In this document: positions 9,201 through 20,282 of the stretch, one piece after another
Position numbering within the stretch: position 1 is the first letter of the stretch
Layout: every line of letters starts with the position of its first letter
NCBI GenBank assembly: GCA_963744455.1
Contig: CAVUTQ010000028.1
Coordinates: forward strand, 66,216 to 130,215
Direction of reading: 5' to 3'
Length of the DNA: 64,000 nt
Origin: an uncultured Actinomycetota bacterium
GTDB taxonomy: Bacteria; Actinomycetota; Actinomycetes; Propionibacteriales; Propionibacteriaceae
Position numbers and translations under genes: made by a program
Notes under the pieces: generated by a model
Told to the model about the DNA's origin: nothing
The model's database searches: none
The model's input: only the letters and a program-made list of their open reading frames with translations

Positions 9201-9995
9201 TTGCTCTACTGGGTCTTCAAATGGGTTGCGTTTGCCCCTCTGTGCCGGCTGCTCTTCAGGCCCTCGATCAGCGGAGCTGACAACATTCCGGCGTCCGGCC
9301 CGGCCATCCTGGTCAGCAACCACATCTCCGCAGGCGACACCTTCCTGCTGCCTGCCATGATCAAGCGTCGACTCACCTTTCCGGCCAAAATCGAGCTGTT
9401 CCATGGTCAGGGCTTTCGCGGCCGGGTTTTGACCTGGTTCCTCAAGGGCGTCGGTCAGGTCCCCATGGACCGCTCCGGAGGGCGGGCTAGCGCCACCAGC
9501 ATGGAGAGCGTGCTCGGGGTGCTGCGCGAGGGACAGTTGCTCGGCATCTATCCGGAAGGAACACGGTCGCCAGACGGCCGCGTTTACAAGGGCAAGACCG
9601 GAGTCGCCCGGCTCGTACTGCAGGCTGGAGTGCCTGTGGTACCGGTCGGCATGATCGACACCCAGTTCGTCCCGTCTCGGTTCTTCGGGATCCCCACGAT
9701 GCGCCGACCGAAGATCCGGATCGGCAAGCAGATGGATTTCAGCGCGTACGCCGAGGCCGGCAAGGACCGAGACGTGCTGCGGTGGATCACCGACGAGATC
9801 ATGAACGCGGTCATGGAGCTCTCCGGCCAGGAATACGTGGATGTCTATGCCACGACGGCCAAGGCCGACCTGGATGCTGGCAAAGCCCTCCCGCCCAGCG
9901 CTGGTCATCGTCCGGGAGCGGGCCGTGCCAGGCCACCCATCCCAATGCGTGCAACGCACCTCGAGGAGCCGCCTGTTTCGGATGTGAACGCGTGA
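9201..9995 (+). CDS. Lysophospholipid acyltransferase (PlsC family), copy 1
   Basis: NHISAGD (HxxxxD) and IYPEGTRSPDGR; RBS GGAGG before the TTG. Confidence 0.9.
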   Translation: MLYWVFKWVAFAPLCRLLFRPSISGADNIPASGPAILVSNHISAGDTFLLPAMIKRRLTFPAKIELFHGQGFRGRVLTWFLKGVGQVPMDRSGGRASATSMESVLGVLREGQLLGIYPEGTRSPDGRVYKGKTGVARLVLQAGVPVVPVGMIDTQFVPSRFFGIPTMRRPKIRIGKQMDFSAYAEAGKDRDVLRWITDEIMNAVMELSGQEYVDVYATTAKADLDAGKALPPSAGHRPGAGRARPPIPMRATHLEEPPVSDVNA

Positions 9996-10882
9996 GCGAG
10001 GGGCCAGAAGGCTCGCCAACAGCCGGGAGCGAAGCGACCTCAGAGACCAGCAGCGAGGCGTCCCGGAACGGCACCGCCCCTCGACCTGCGAGGGAGGACC
10101 TGGTTTCGGTTGATCGCCACGGGAACGTCGCGGTCGAGTCCGGTTCCGGTGCCGGCCCAGCCATCTACTGGGCGTTGAAGAACGTGCTGCTGGGACCGGC
10201 AATCACCAAGATCTTCCGCCCGATCCAGGAGGGCAGTGAGAATGTGCCCAATGAGGGTGCCGCGATTATCGCCAGCAACCACCTCTCATTCGCTGACTGG
10301 TTGTTCATGCCGCTTGCGTTGGATCGTCGGATCACCTTCGTCGCCAAGTCCGACTACTTCACTCGGGCTGGCATCAAGGGCTGGGCGCAAAAGCGGTTCT
10401 TCGCAGGGACAGGGCAAGTGCCGATTGACCGGAGTGGCGGGCGGGCGAGTGGGAGCGCTATCCAGGCTGGGCTGAAGGTGCTCCAGCGCGGTGAGCTGTT
10501 CGGCATCTATCCCGAGGGAACGCGCAGCCACGACGGGCGGCTCTACAAGGGACGGACGGGGGTCGCTCGACTTGCGTTGCTATCGGGGGCACCGGTGATT
10601 CCATCGGCCATCATTGGCACCGACATCATCGCCCCGCCGGGGAAGATCCTCACCAAGGTCGTCAGTCCGACCGTGAAGTTCGGACGGCCCCTGGATTTCT
10701 CGCGCTACACGGGGATGAGCGAGGACCGGTTCATCCTGCGTTCGATCACCGACGAGATCATGTACGCGATCATGGAACTATCCGGCCAGGAGTATGTGGA
10801 CATGTATGCGCCGGCGGCGAAGGAGGCCGCGGCCCGGGAAGCGAAGGCGCAAGAGGCCGACGAAGTCTCCCCTCAGGCATAA
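9992..10882 (+). CDS. Lysophospholipid acyltransferase (PlsC family), copy 2
   Basis: NHLSFAD and IYPEGTRSHDGR; GTGA overlap with copy 1. Confidence 0.9.
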   Translation: MSEGPEGSPTAGSEATSETSSEASRNGTAPRPAREDLVSVDRHGNVAVESGSGAGPAIYWALKNVLLGPAITKIFRPIQEGSENVPNEGAAIIASNHLSFADWLFMPLALDRRITFVAKSDYFTRAGIKGWAQKRFFAGTGQVPIDRSGGRASGSAIQAGLKVLQRGELFGIYPEGTRSHDGRLYKGRTGVARLALLSGAPVIPSAIIGTDIIAPPGKILTKVVSPTVKFGRPLDFSRYTGMSEDRFILRSITDEIMYAIMELSGQEYVDMYAPAAKEAAAREAKAQEADEVSPQA

Positions 10883-10900
10883 CGCCTCGCCTTTCTGCCC

Positions 10901-11578
10901 TCAGAGGTCGCGCATGAGCCGTGTGGCAAGCGCCTCGGGCTGGCTGAGGGCAAGCAGGTGACCGCCCGGAAGTTGTTCAACCTCCAGCCCCAGGCGATCT
11001 CGTGCTACCTGACGTTGGAACTCGTACGGGAAGAACCGGTCATCCCGGCCCGCGAGCACGGTGGTCGGGACGTCCGGCCAGCGAGTCAGCGGAAAGCGCG
11101 TCTGGAACAGTGAGTCTGCTGGCTCCTCCTCGTCCGACAGCACCGCAAGCACGTCGGGCGCCACGTCATGAAGGAAATAGGTCTGCGCGTCGAAGCCTGC
11201 ATCGGGATCGCGCCCCTCACGCAGATCATTAATCCGCATAGCCTCGGCCTGACCGGTATTGCCCCACCATTCGCCCGCCGTCTCTCCGGGCGCTGGGATC
11301 ATGGCGTTCAGCAGCACGAGTTCTGAGACCGGCAGCCGGTCGCAGGTCAGAGGTGCGGCAAAGCCACCCATCGACTGAGCGACCAAGGTGATTTCCTCCG
11401 GCGCCCCAGCGGCAGTGACAATCGCGTCGGCGTGGTCGGAGAAAGTCGCACCTGGCCAGTTGGGCAAAGTCACTGCAACGCTGTCGTGGCCGGCCCTCTT
11501 GAGGAGCGGCTCCACAAGCTGCCAAAATCCGGCGTTGCCCCCGGCACCGGGGACCAGGACAAAGCTGCGTTGCGGCAT
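10901..11578 (-). CDS. Alpha/beta hydrolase
   Basis: FVLVPGAGG, AQSMGG, GRDDRFFP, PGGHLLALSQP. Confidence 0.88.
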   Translation of the reverse strand: MPQRSFVLVPGAGGNAGFWQLVEPLLKRAGHDSVAVTLPNWPGATFSDHADAIVTAAGAPEEITLVAQSMGGFAAPLTCDRLPVSELVLLNAMIPAPGETAGEWWGNTGQAEAMRINDLREGRDPDAGFDAQTYFLHDVAPDVLAVLSDEEEPADSLFQTRFPLTRWPDVPTTVLAGRDDRFFPYEFQRQVARDRLGLEVEQLPGGHLLALSQPEALATRLMRDL

Positions 11579-11646
11579 GCATGCCATTCTGCGGTGAGGG
11601 TCTAGTGTCCTGCGCCAGGAATCCGCCACATATGTGCGCCGCCCAT

Positions 11647-11724
11647 GCGGCGCCTCGCGGCGTTCTCCTCGGTCGACATACGACCCGGTATGCCTCCCTC
11701 GTCGGCCTTGCCGGTCGACGCCGC
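11647..11724. repeat. Palindromic intergenic element, divergent relative of the repeat family
   Basis: gcggcg..cggc-gttctcctc..catac-gacccg-gtatg..ccctcgtc..gccg..cgccgc; nested stems with pyrimidine-rich internal loops. Confidence 0.5.
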
Positions 11725-11847
11725 GCGTCGCCTTGCGACGACAGGCATCCACCTGAACGACGCACATAAGCACCGGATTCCTGGCGCAGGACACTGGCCG
11801 CCGATAACTCAGCTGCTCCCGCGAGTACCAGCGTCTACAGTGTCTGC

Positions 11848-13242
11848 GTGTCTCTGACGAGCCAGGTCCCCACGCTGAAAGCACTGCATGCTCTGAATCC
11901 GCTGCAGCAGCCGGCCTACTCTTCACCCCACGCGCTCGCCGAGGTCGTCGGCAGGCTTCGGACGCTCCCCCCGCTGGTATTTGCAGCCGAGTGTGACAAG
12001 CTACGCGCCAAGATGGCCAGTGTGGCGGCCGGTGAGGCCTTCATGCTGCAGGGCGGTGACTGTGCCGAAACCTTCGCCGATGTCACGGCTGGGAACATCC
12101 AGGGCAAACTACGAACGTTGCTTTCCATGGCGGTTGTGCTGACCTATGCAGCCCAGGTGCCGATCGTGAAGGTCGGCCGAATGGCAGGCCAATTCGCCAA
12201 GCCACGGAGCTCGGCCACAGAAACCCGCGACGGCGTCACATTGCCGGCATATCGGGGCGATGCGGTGAACGGCTTCGACTTCACGCCCGAGGCTCGGGAG
12301 CCGGACCCGCAGCGACTGCTGGAGGTTTACCACGCGTCGTCAGCAACCCTGAATCTCACGCGGGCTTTCGTCACGGGCGGATTCGCACACCTGCGTAGTG
12401 TGCACAGCTGGAATGCCGACTTCGTCAAGAACTCAGCAGCGGGCGTCCAGTACCAGAATCTGGCCAATGAGATCGATCGGGCGCTCGCCTTCATGGTGGC
12501 CTGCGGTATCGACGACGATGTCTTCCGAACCGTCGACTTCTACTCCAGTCACGAGGCGCTGATCTTGGAGTACGAGCACGCGCTGACCCGGATCGACTCC
12601 CGGACCGGGCAGCCGTACGGGGTCTCTGGGCACTTGCTCTGGATCGGCGAGCGCACGCGCCAGTTGCATGGTGCACACGTCGAGCTACTTCGCCATATCC
12701 GCAACCCACTCGGAGTGAAGCTCGGACCGGAGACCACCGCCGACAACGCGCTGGATCTGGCAGATCGGCTCGATCCTGATCATGAACCGGGACGGATCAC
12801 CTTCATCACGCGAATGGGCGCAGGGAAGGTGCGCGATGTGCTGCCGGAGATTGTCGCCAAGGTGACCACCAGCGGTCGGCAGGTGGCCTGGGTCTGCGAC
12901 CCCATGCACGGCAACACCTTCGAGGCTCGCAATGGCTACAAGACTCGGGCGTTCTCCGATGTGATGGCCGAGCTCAACGGTTTCTTCGACGTTCACGAGG
13001 AGCTCGGCACCTGGCCCGGCGGCGTACACGTCGAGCTCACCGGCGATGACGTGACCGAGTGCGTCGGCGGCGGCGACGACCTTGTTGAAGCAGACCTGGT
13101 GAGTCGGTACGAGACACTCTGCGACCCTCGGCTGAACCGCAACCAGTCGCTGGAACTCGCCTTCCTGGTCGCCGAACGACTGACCACCGGCCGGATCAAG
13201 CGGCCTAACCCAGTCCAGGCGTACGTCCCGCTGACGTTTTAG
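11848..13242 (+). CDS. Class II DAHP synthase (3-deoxy-7-phosphoheptulonate synthase)
   Basis: LQGGDCAETF, GRMAGQFAKPRS, LWIGERTRQ, CDPMHGNT, CDPRLN. Confidence 0.96.
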   Translation: MSLTSQVPTLKALHALNPLQQPAYSSPHALAEVVGRLRTLPPLVFAAECDKLRAKMASVAAGEAFMLQGGDCAETFADVTAGNIQGKLRTLLSMAVVLTYAAQVPIVKVGRMAGQFAKPRSSATETRDGVTLPAYRGDAVNGFDFTPEAREPDPQRLLEVYHASSATLNLTRAFVTGGFAHLRSVHSWNADFVKNSAAGVQYQNLANEIDRALAFMVACGIDDDVFRTVDFYSSHEALILEYEHALTRIDSRTGQPYGVSGHLLWIGERTRQLHGAHVELLRHIRNPLGVKLGPETTADNALDLADRLDPDHEPGRITFITRMGAGKVRDVLPEIVAKVTTSGRQVAWVCDPMHGNTFEARNGYKTRAFSDVMAELNGFFDVHEELGTWPGGVHVELTGDDVTECVGGGDDLVEADLVSRYETLCDPRLNRNQSLELAFLVAERLTTGRIKRPNPVQAYVPLTF

Positions 13243-13281
13243 TTGCTCAGCTCACAATGGGCGCGGGGGACCTTGTTCGGT

Positions 13282-13707
13282 TCAGACGACCCTTAGCAGC
13301 TCAACGTCCTGGTGGTGAGCGAGGGTGACGAGGGCTGAATCGAAGGTCAGGAGGCGGAGGCCTTGGCGGCGCGCAAGCGCGAGCAGATGCGCATCGGTGA
13401 TCTGACGGTGGCCGAACAAGCGTGGCACGTCAGCGTCAGTCATCGACACATCGTCAATCAGGAACTGGTGGCCGGCCAGCGAGCGCAACGCCGACAGAAC
13501 CCCGCGTGCCGCTTCGACCCCGATCGGGCTCGGTAGCACCTTCGGGTTGGAGGAGACGCGCACGAAACCGCTCTCAGTGATCGGGCAAGTAGCCCACCCC
13601 TGCTCACTGTTCCTCGCGAACCAGCTCCGGATGACGGTGTGGTGCACATGCGAGTCCCACGCGAGCGCCACGAGCGCGTTCACGTCGAGAAGCGACCCGC
13701 TCATCAT
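13282..13707 (-). CDS. vapC: VapC PIN-domain ribonuclease toxin
   Basis: LLDVNALVAL, WATCPITESGFVR, QITDAHLLALA, LLTFD. Confidence 0.92.
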   Translation of the reverse strand: MMSGSLLDVNALVALAWDSHVHHTVIRSWFARNSEQGWATCPITESGFVRVSSNPKVLPSPIGVEAARGVLSALRSLAGHQFLIDDVSMTDADVPRLFGHRQITDAHLLALARRQGLRLLTFDSALVTLAHHQDVELLRVV

Positions 13708-13925
13708 TCCTCGTCGAGCGCACGCCGGACCATCTCCGGGGTGATGGGAGGCGTTCCCGCGGGAACGCGGATGACTGGCAAGTCGCCGTCGGCCTCAATG
13801 CGAGCGGGCGTGAGCCCTCGGCGAGCCAGCTCAGAAATCATCGAGCCAAGAGATCGGTGCTGTTCGGCGGCAAGCTCCTTCGCGGCCGAGACGACATCCT
13901 CATCCAGATCTAGCGTGGTACGCAT
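13704..13925 (-). CDS. vapB: VapB antitoxin (RHH/CopG-like)
   Basis: MRTTLDLDEDVVSAAKELA...SLGSMISELARRGL; ATGA overlap with the toxin gene. Confidence 0.9.
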   Translation of the reverse strand: MRTTLDLDEDVVSAAKELAAEQHRSLGSMISELARRGLTPARIEADGDLPVIRVPAGTPPITPEMVRRALDEE

Positions 13926-13930
13926 GGGAT

Positions 13931-13954
13931 TGATGCTAGCGCATCAGCGCATCA
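13931..13954. promoter_or_regulatory. vapBC autoregulatory operator overlapping the -10
   Basis: Palindrome TGATGC-TAGC-GCATCA plus an extra GCATCA half-site; minus-strand -10 TAGCAT lies 7 nt from the ATG. Confidence 0.65.
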
Positions 13955-14062
13955 AATGCCGAGAGCGCAGTGGACGCCCACCGCAGCGGGCAGTGACTGC
14001 GCATTGGCCGTGATGGCCACCCGGCAAGCGAGCGAACGACGGTCGTCGTCAGACTCTTCTCC

Positions 14063-15088
14063 GTGATTGATTTGCGTTCTGACACCGTCACCAAGCCGAC
14101 GCCAGCGATGCTGGAGGCCATGCTGGTCGCCGAAGTCGGCGATGACGTGTACGCCGAAGACCCGACGGTGATCGAGCTGGAACAGCGCGTGGCGCGGTTG
14201 CTCGGACACGACGCCGGCCTGTTCTGTGTGAGCGGGTCGATGTGCAACGTGCTCGGTGTGCGGCTGCTGGTCGAGCCGGGCCAAGAGGTGGTCTGCGACG
14301 TACGGGCCCACATTGCTCGGGCGGAGATGGGGGCTCACGGGGCGGTCAGTGGACTCACGATGCGAACCTTTCCATCCACCCGAGGCCGGCTGCAACTGGC
14401 CGAGGTGGCGAAGATCATTGCGCCGTCGGCTGGCCCGTACCTGGTATCAACGGCGGCGGTGGCGGTGGAGAACACGCACAACTTTGGTGGCGGGACGATC
14501 CAACCGATCGAGGAGCTGACCGCGGTGGGCGAGCTGTGTCGCGAGCATGGCATCGGCTATCACCTCGACGGCGCCCGGCTGTGGAACGCGCACATCGCGA
14601 CCGGAGTGGCGCTCGAGGCGTACGGGCAGCTCTTCGACACCGTCAGTGTGTGTTTCTCCAAGGGCCTCGGGGCTCCCGTCGGCTCCGTGCTGGTGAGCAC
14701 GGCGGCGAACATCGCCCGCGCCCGGGTGCTGCGGAAGCGCCTTGGCGGTGGCTGGCGCCAGGCGGGCCTGCTCGCCGCCGCATGCTCGTACGCCCTTGAT
14801 CATCACCTGCTGCGACTTGCCGATGATCATGCAGCAGCACGCGCCTTTGCCGAGGCCGTAGCGGGCTACGTCCCGGGCGCCGTCGAGCTGGACGCTGTCG
14901 AGACCAATGTTGTGGTGATCGACACCGGCGCGACTCCGGCTGCGCCGATCGCCGTTGCGGCCGCGGAGCGCGGGGTTCAGGTCTCCGCCCTCGGCCCCTT
15001 CATGATCAGGGCGGTCACCCATCTCGATGTCACCGTCGACGACTGCGATTGGGCAGGGCAGCTGATCGGAAAGCTGCTCGGACCCTAA
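14063..15088 (+). CDS. ltaE: Low-specificity L-threonine aldolase
   Basis: [49 protein letters not shown]. Confidence 0.95.
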   Translation: MIDLRSDTVTKPTPAMLEAMLVAEVGDDVYAEDPTVIELEQRVARLLGHDAGLFCVSGSMCNVLGVRLLVEPGQEVVCDVRAHIARAEMGAHGAVSGLTMRTFPSTRGRLQLAEVAKIIAPSAGPYLVSTAAVAVENTHNFGGGTIQPIEELTAVGELCREHGIGYHLDGARLWNAHIATGVALEAYGQLFDTVSVCFSKGLGAPVGSVLVSTAANIARARVLRKRLGGGWRQAGLLAAACSYALDHHLLRLADDHAAARAFAEAVAGYVPGAVELDAVETNVVVIDTGATPAAPIAVAAAERGVQVSALGPFMIRAVTHLDVTVDDCDWAGQLIGKLLGP

Positions 15089-15124
15089 GACCGGCATGCG
15101 GCAGCCTGCCCCTACGGTTGGGGC

Positions 15125-15784
15125 ATGCGGATCACCCACCTTGGGCATGCGGCCGTGCTGGCCGAGACCGACGGCGCGCGAATTCTCATCGATCCGGGGA
15201 ATTTCTCGGACGCATGGCACTCGCTAACTGATCTTGACGCGGTGCTGGTGACCCACCAGCATCCAGACCATCTCGATCCTGAGAACCTGCCCGCCCTTCT
15301 TGCTGCGAACCCCACCGCGAAGGTGCTGGTCGAGCCGTCGATCCTTGATCTGATCAGCTCTGGCGATATGCCGTCGCTAGGTGAGAATGCCGCCGGGTTT
15401 GCGCCTGACAGCCAGATGATCGTCGGTGACGTGTTGGTGACCGCAGTCGGCGGCCAGCACGCACTCATCCATCGGGACGTACCGCGGATCGGCAACGTGG
15501 GTTATGTGCTGAGCTCGGAAGGTCAGCCGACTCTGTTCCACCCCGGCGATGCTTACGACACGGCGCCGGACGGCATCGACATCGTTGCCGTCCCGGCCTA
15601 CGGGCCCTGGGCGGCAATGAAGGAGACCATCGACTTCGTTCGGGCGGTTGGGGCGTTGGAAGGATTCCCGATCCACGATGAGCTGCTCAGTGACCGGGGC
15701 CGGACCCTTGCGTTCAACCGGCTCAACGAATTGACGCCAACTCGGGTGGTCAACTTGCGTGGCGGCGCTACGCACGAATTCTGA
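15125..15784 (+). CDS. MBL-fold metallo-hydrolase
   Basis: HLGHA, ILIDPG, THQHPDH, FHPGD, PIHD. Confidence 0.9.
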   Translation: MRITHLGHAAVLAETDGARILIDPGNFSDAWHSLTDLDAVLVTHQHPDHLDPENLPALLAANPTAKVLVEPSILDLISSGDMPSLGENAAGFAPDSQMIVGDVLVTAVGGQHALIHRDVPRIGNVGYVLSSEGQPTLFHPGDAYDTAPDGIDIVAVPAYGPWAAMKETIDFVRAVGALEGFPIHDELLSDRGRTLAFNRLNELTPTRVVNLRGGATHEF

Positions 15785-15835
15785 GGCGCACAGTCGGCGA
15801 GTCCGGGCCAGTCGACCACCTGCTGCAATGGATTC

Positions 15836-17383
15836 ATGGAACAGCACAGCGTCACGGTGGGCATCGGCCCGGTCTCGTTCGAAGAGCTGGCAGCGGTGGC
15901 GCGGTACGGAGCCCCAGTCGTCATTGCCGACGACGCCTGGGCTGAGGTCCGCAAGTCCCGCGAGATCATCGAGGCCCTGGCTGATGATCAACAGCCGCAT
16001 TACGGGGTATCCACTGGCTTCGGTGCCTTGGCAACCCGTCATATCCCCGTCGAGCTACGAGGCCAGCTGCAGCGCAGCCTGATCCGCTCCCACGCGGCCG
16101 GGTCCGGGCCAGAGGTCGAGCGGGAGGTGGTACGGGCTCTCATGTTGCTGCGGATCTCCACCCTCGCCACCGGTCGCACCGGTATCCGCGAAGAGACCCT
16201 GCGTTGTTATGTCGCCATGCTCAACGCCGGCCTAACGCCCGTTGTCTACGAGTACGGCAGCCTCGGCTGCTCCGGCGACCTGGCCCCGCTTGCTCACTGT
16301 GCCCTCGCGCTGATGGGCGAAGGGCTCGTCCGGGACATATCCGGCGCTCGCATTCCGACGCGTGATGCATTGGCCGCCGCGGGCATCGCCCCCGTCACAC
16401 TCGTCGAGAAGGAGGGCCTGGCCTTGATCAACGGCACTGACGGCATGCTCGGCATGCTGCTGCTCGCGATCATCGATCTGCGGCGGTTGCTCAAGGTGGC
16501 GGACATCACAGCGGCGATGAGTGTGGAAGGTTTGCTCGGCACCGACGATGTCTTCGCCGACGATCTGCACGCTCTCCGGCCGCATCCGGGTCAGGCTGCT
16601 TCGGCCAGCAATCTGCGTCGGATCATGGAGGGCAGCGAGATCCGCGAAAGCCACCGTACCGAGGCCTGCACCCGGGTTCAGGACGCCTACTCGATGCGTT
16701 GCGCGCCACAGGTGGCTGGCGCCGTACGGGACACAGTTGATCATGCCGAGCGAGTCGCGCTGATCGAGCTGGCGTCGGTCATTGACAACCCGGTGATCAC
16801 CCTCGATGGCCGGGTTGAGTCCAACGGCAACTTCCACGGTGCGCCACTCGGCTACGTGCTGGACTTCCTTGCCATCGCGGTGGCCGATCTGGCGAGCATC
16901 TCCGAACGGCGGACCGACCGATTCCTGGACAGAGCCCGGAGCGGCGGACTCAATGCCTTTCTGGCGGCCGACCCCGGTGTCGACTCCGGCCACATGATCG
17001 CCCAGTACACCCAGGCCGCGATCGTCTCCGAGCTCAAGAGGCTCGCGGTACCGGCCTCGGTCGACTCGATTCCGAGCTCGGCAATGCAGGAAGACCACGT
17101 ATCCATGGGCTGGTCGGCAGCCCGCAAGTTGCGCCGCGGCATCGATGGGCTGACTCGGGTGCTCGCCATCGAATTGCTGACCGCCGCCCGCGGCATCGAG
17201 CTGCGCTTGCCGCTGCAACCCGCCCCCGCCAGCGCCGCCGTCATCGCCGCGTTGCGTGCCACCGGCGCACCGGCATCCGGCGCAGATCGCTGGCTCGCAC
17301 CTGAGATCGACATCGCCGTCGAGCTGGTTTCCAGCGGGGCCGCGGTCGCGGCAGTCGAGTCGGTGACCGGCTCCCTCACTTGA
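15836..17383 (+). CDS. hutH: Histidine ammonia-lyase
   Basis: [20 protein letters not shown] (Cys-Ser-Gly MIO variant), [26 protein letters not shown]. Confidence 0.97.
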   Translation: MEQHSVTVGIGPVSFEELAAVARYGAPVVIADDAWAEVRKSREIIEALADDQQPHYGVSTGFGALATRHIPVELRGQLQRSLIRSHAAGSGPEVEREVVRALMLLRISTLATGRTGIREETLRCYVAMLNAGLTPVVYEYGSLGCSGDLAPLAHCALALMGEGLVRDISGARIPTRDALAAAGIAPVTLVEKEGLALINGTDGMLGMLLLAIIDLRRLLKVADITAAMSVEGLLGTDDVFADDLHALRPHPGQAASASNLRRIMEGSEIRESHRTEACTRVQDAYSMRCAPQVAGAVRDTVDHAERVALIELASVIDNPVITLDGRVESNGNFHGAPLGYVLDFLAIAVADLASISERRTDRFLDRARSGGLNAFLAADPGVDSGHMIAQYTQAAIVSELKRLAVPASVDSIPSSAMQEDHVSMGWSAARKLRRGIDGLTRVLAIELLTAARGIELRLPLQPAPASAAVIAALRATGAPASGADRWLAPEIDIAVELVSSGAAVAAVESVTGSLT

Positions 17384-17402
17384 TCAACAGAAGGAGATAG
17401 AG

Positions 17403-19061
17403 ATGGAAGGCGCACGACCCGTACGCGCAACCCGTGGCACCACACTGACCGCACGCTCCTGGGCCACCGAGGCTCCGCTGCGGATGCTGATGAACAACCT
17501 CGATCCCGAGAACGCCGAACGGCCCGATGATCTTGTCGTGTACGGCGGCACCGGTCGCGCAGCCAGGGACTGGCGGGCCTACGACGCGATGGTGCGTACT
17601 CTGACGACACTGGCATCGGACGAGACCATGCTTGTCCAGTCCGGTCGCCCGGTCGGGGTGATGCAGACCCATGAATGGGCACCGCGGGTGATCTTGGCCA
17701 ATTCGAACCTGGTCCCTGACTGGGCCACCTGGCCAGAATTCCGCCGGTTGGAGAAGCTCGGGCTCACCATGTACGGCCAGATGACCGCCGGATCGTGGAT
17801 CTACATCGGCACCCAGGGCATCGTCCAAGGCACGTACGAGACTTTCGCGACGGTCGGCGAGAAGCGGTTCGGCGGCACGCTCGCCGGCACCTTGACCCTC
17901 ACCGGCGGTTGCGGCGGGATGGGCGGCGCGCAGCCGCTGGCTGTGACGCTGAACGAAGGCGTCTGCCTGATCATCGATGTAGATCGAGCGCGCCTGCAGC
18001 GTCGGGTTGAGCATCGCTATCTCGACGAGATTGCCGATGATCTTGACCAGGCTGTCTCGCGTGCGCTGGCAGCCAAAACCGAGCGACGGGTTGCCTCGAT
18101 CGGCGTCGTCGGCAACTGTGCCGAGGTCTTCCCAGAGCTGTTGCGGCGCGGCGTACCGATCGACATCGTCACCGACCAGACCAGCGCGCACGACCCACTG
18201 TCCTACCTGCCCGAGGGGATCAGCGTGGAGGACTGGGCCAGCTACGCCGAGCAGAAGCCCGAGGAGTTCACCGACCGGGCACGGGCCAGCATGGCGCGCC
18301 AGGTGCAGGCGATGGTGGAGTTCCAAGATGCCGGGGCTGAGGTATTCGATTACGGCAACTCGATTCGCGACGAGGCCCGGCTGGGTGGCTACGAGCGCGC
18401 CTTCGAGTTCCCCGGCTTCGTGCCGGCCTACATCCGCCCGCTCTTTTGTGAGGGAAAGGGCCCGTTCCGCTGGGTGGCGTTGTCTGGCGACCCGCGCGAC
18501 ATCGAAGTCACCGACCGGGCGGTGATGGATCTTTTCAGCGACAACGACCGGTTGCAGAAATGGCTGCGTGGCGCTCGCGACAAGATCAGCTTTCAAGGTC
18601 TGCCGGCCCGCATCTGCTGGCTCGGCTACGGTGAGCGGGACAAGGCCGGCCTGGCCTTCAACGATCTGGTCGCCTCGGGCAAGATCAGCGCGCCCATCGT
18701 CATCGGTCGTGATCATCTCGACTGCGGCTCGGTCGCCAGTCCCTATCGTGAAACCGAGAGCATGCTCGACGGTTCGGACGCCATCGCCGACTGGCCGCTG
18801 TTGAACGCCTTGATCAACACGGCCTCGGGAGCATCCTGGGTGTCCATCCACCATGGCGGTGGGGTAGGGATTGGCCGTTCCATCCACGCGGGTCAGGTAT
18901 CGCTCGCCGACGGCACGGAGTTAGCCGCGCAGAAGCTGGCGCGCGTACTGACCAACGATCCCGGCATGGGGGTGATCCGGCACGCCGACGCCGGTTACGA
19001 GCGAGCTGAGCAGGTGGCAGCCGAGCGTGGCGTACGGATCCCCATGCAGGAAGGAAGCTGA
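17403..19061 (+). CDS. hutU: Urocanate hydratase
   Basis: [48 protein letters not shown]. Confidence 0.98.
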   Translation: MEGARPVRATRGTTLTARSWATEAPLRMLMNNLDPENAERPDDLVVYGGTGRAARDWRAYDAMVRTLTTLASDETMLVQSGRPVGVMQTHEWAPRVILANSNLVPDWATWPEFRRLEKLGLTMYGQMTAGSWIYIGTQGIVQGTYETFATVGEKRFGGTLAGTLTLTGGCGGMGGAQPLAVTLNEGVCLIIDVDRARLQRRVEHRYLDEIADDLDQAVSRALAAKTERRVASIGVVGNCAEVFPELLRRGVPIDIVTDQTSAHDPLSYLPEGISVEDWASYAEQKPEEFTDRARASMARQVQAMVEFQDAGAEVFDYGNSIRDEARLGGYERAFEFPGFVPAYIRPLFCEGKGPFRWVALSGDPRDIEVTDRAVMDLFSDNDRLQKWLRGARDKISFQGLPARICWLGYGERDKAGLAFNDLVASGKISAPIVIGRDHLDCGSVASPYRETESMLDGSDAIADWPLLNALINTASGASWVSIHHGGGVGIGRSIHAGQVSLADGTELAAQKLARVLTNDPGMGVIRHADAGYERAEQVAAERGVRIPMQEGS

Positions 19062-19070
19062 CGGGTGATC

Positions 19071-20282
19071 ATGACACAGGCCGCAGCCTTCGAGCAGCTG
19101 TGGTCGGCGATCGCAGACATCGGCCGCGATCCGACCACCGGCGGCTACCGTCGCTTCGCCTGGACTGAGCCGGATCTGCGGATGCGGGAATGGTTCGCCG
19201 GCGAGTGCGCTGCTCGAGCCTTGGATCTGATCGAAGACCGGATGGGCAACCAGTGGGCCTGGTGGGGCGATCCTGATCGAGCCGCGTCCGGCGGCATCGT
19301 CACCGGATCGCATCTGGACAGCGTGCCGGACGGTGGCGCCTTCGACGGGCCGCTCGGCGTGGTCAGTGCACTGGCAGCAATCGACCAGCTCAGGGCGGAC
19401 GGCTTCGAGCCACGCCGCCCGGTCGGCGTAGTGAACTTCGTGGACGAGGAGGGTGCCCGGTTCGGCGTTTCCTGTATCGGATCGCGGGTGATCACCGGTG
19501 CACTCAGCCCAGATAGTGCGCGGGCGCTGCGTGACGCCGACGGTGTAGCCATGGCGGAGGCAATGCGTGCGGCCGGACGGCAGCCGGAACAACTGGGTGC
19601 GGATCCGGACACTGTCGGTCGCATCGGTTCCTTCGTCGAGCTGCACATCGAGCAAGGTCGCGGCCTGATCGACCTCGGGCGTGCCGTAGGGGTTGGCAAC
19701 CGGCTCTGGGCGCACGGCCGCTGGCGTATCGAGATTCCTGGTGAAGCGAATCACGCCGGCACCACCAGGCTGAGCGATCGCCGCGATGCGGTGATCGGCT
19801 GTGCGCGTGCCGTGCTGGTGGCGCGTGCCGCGGCCGAAGCGCAAGGCAGCCTCGCGACAGTCGGGAAGATCAGCATCCAGCCGGGCGGGGTGAACGCCAT
19901 TGCTCGCTCTGCCACGGCCTGGCTCGACGCCCGGGCCGCCGGCGAGCAGGCGCTGCGCGCCACCGTGGCTCAGATCGAAGACGAGGTCGCCAGCTCGGGC
20001 GCGGTCGTCACCGAAGAGTCGCGAACTCCGCAGACCGCCTTCGATGATGCCCTGGTGACCCGGCTGGCCAGCCTGCTCGATGGTGCACCCGTGATGAGCA
20101 CCGGCGCGGGCCACGACGCTGGGATCCTTGCCAACGCCGGTGTGCCGGCGGCGATGATCTTCGTCCGCAACCCGACCGGGGTATCCCACTCGCCGGCAGA
20201 GTGGGCCGAGCCGGAGGACTGCCTTGCTGGCATTGCTGCCTTGGCGACGGTGCTGGCCGACCTGGCCGGAGCGGCGCAGTGA
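19071..20282 (+). CDS. M20-family Zn amidohydrolase (allantoate amidohydrolase-like); probable N-formylglutamate deformylase of the hut pathway
   Basis: GSHLDSVPDGGAFDGPLGV, DEEGARF, ELHIEQG, NHAGTT, GAGHDA; sits inside the hut operon. Confidence 0.85.
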   Translation: MTQAAAFEQLWSAIADIGRDPTTGGYRRFAWTEPDLRMREWFAGECAARALDLIEDRMGNQWAWWGDPDRAASGGIVTGSHLDSVPDGGAFDGPLGVVSALAAIDQLRADGFEPRRPVGVVNFVDEEGARFGVSCIGSRVITGALSPDSARALRDADGVAMAEAMRAAGRQPEQLGADPDTVGRIGSFVELHIEQGRGLIDLGRAVGVGNRLWAHGRWRIEIPGEANHAGTTRLSDRRDAVIGCARAVLVARAAAEAQGSLATVGKISIQPGGVNAIARSATAWLDARAAGEQALRATVAQIEDEVASSGAVVTEESRTPQTAFDDALVTRLASLLDGAPVMSTGAGHDAGILANAGVPAAMIFVRNPTGVSHSPAEWAEPEDCLAGIAALATVLADLAGAAQ

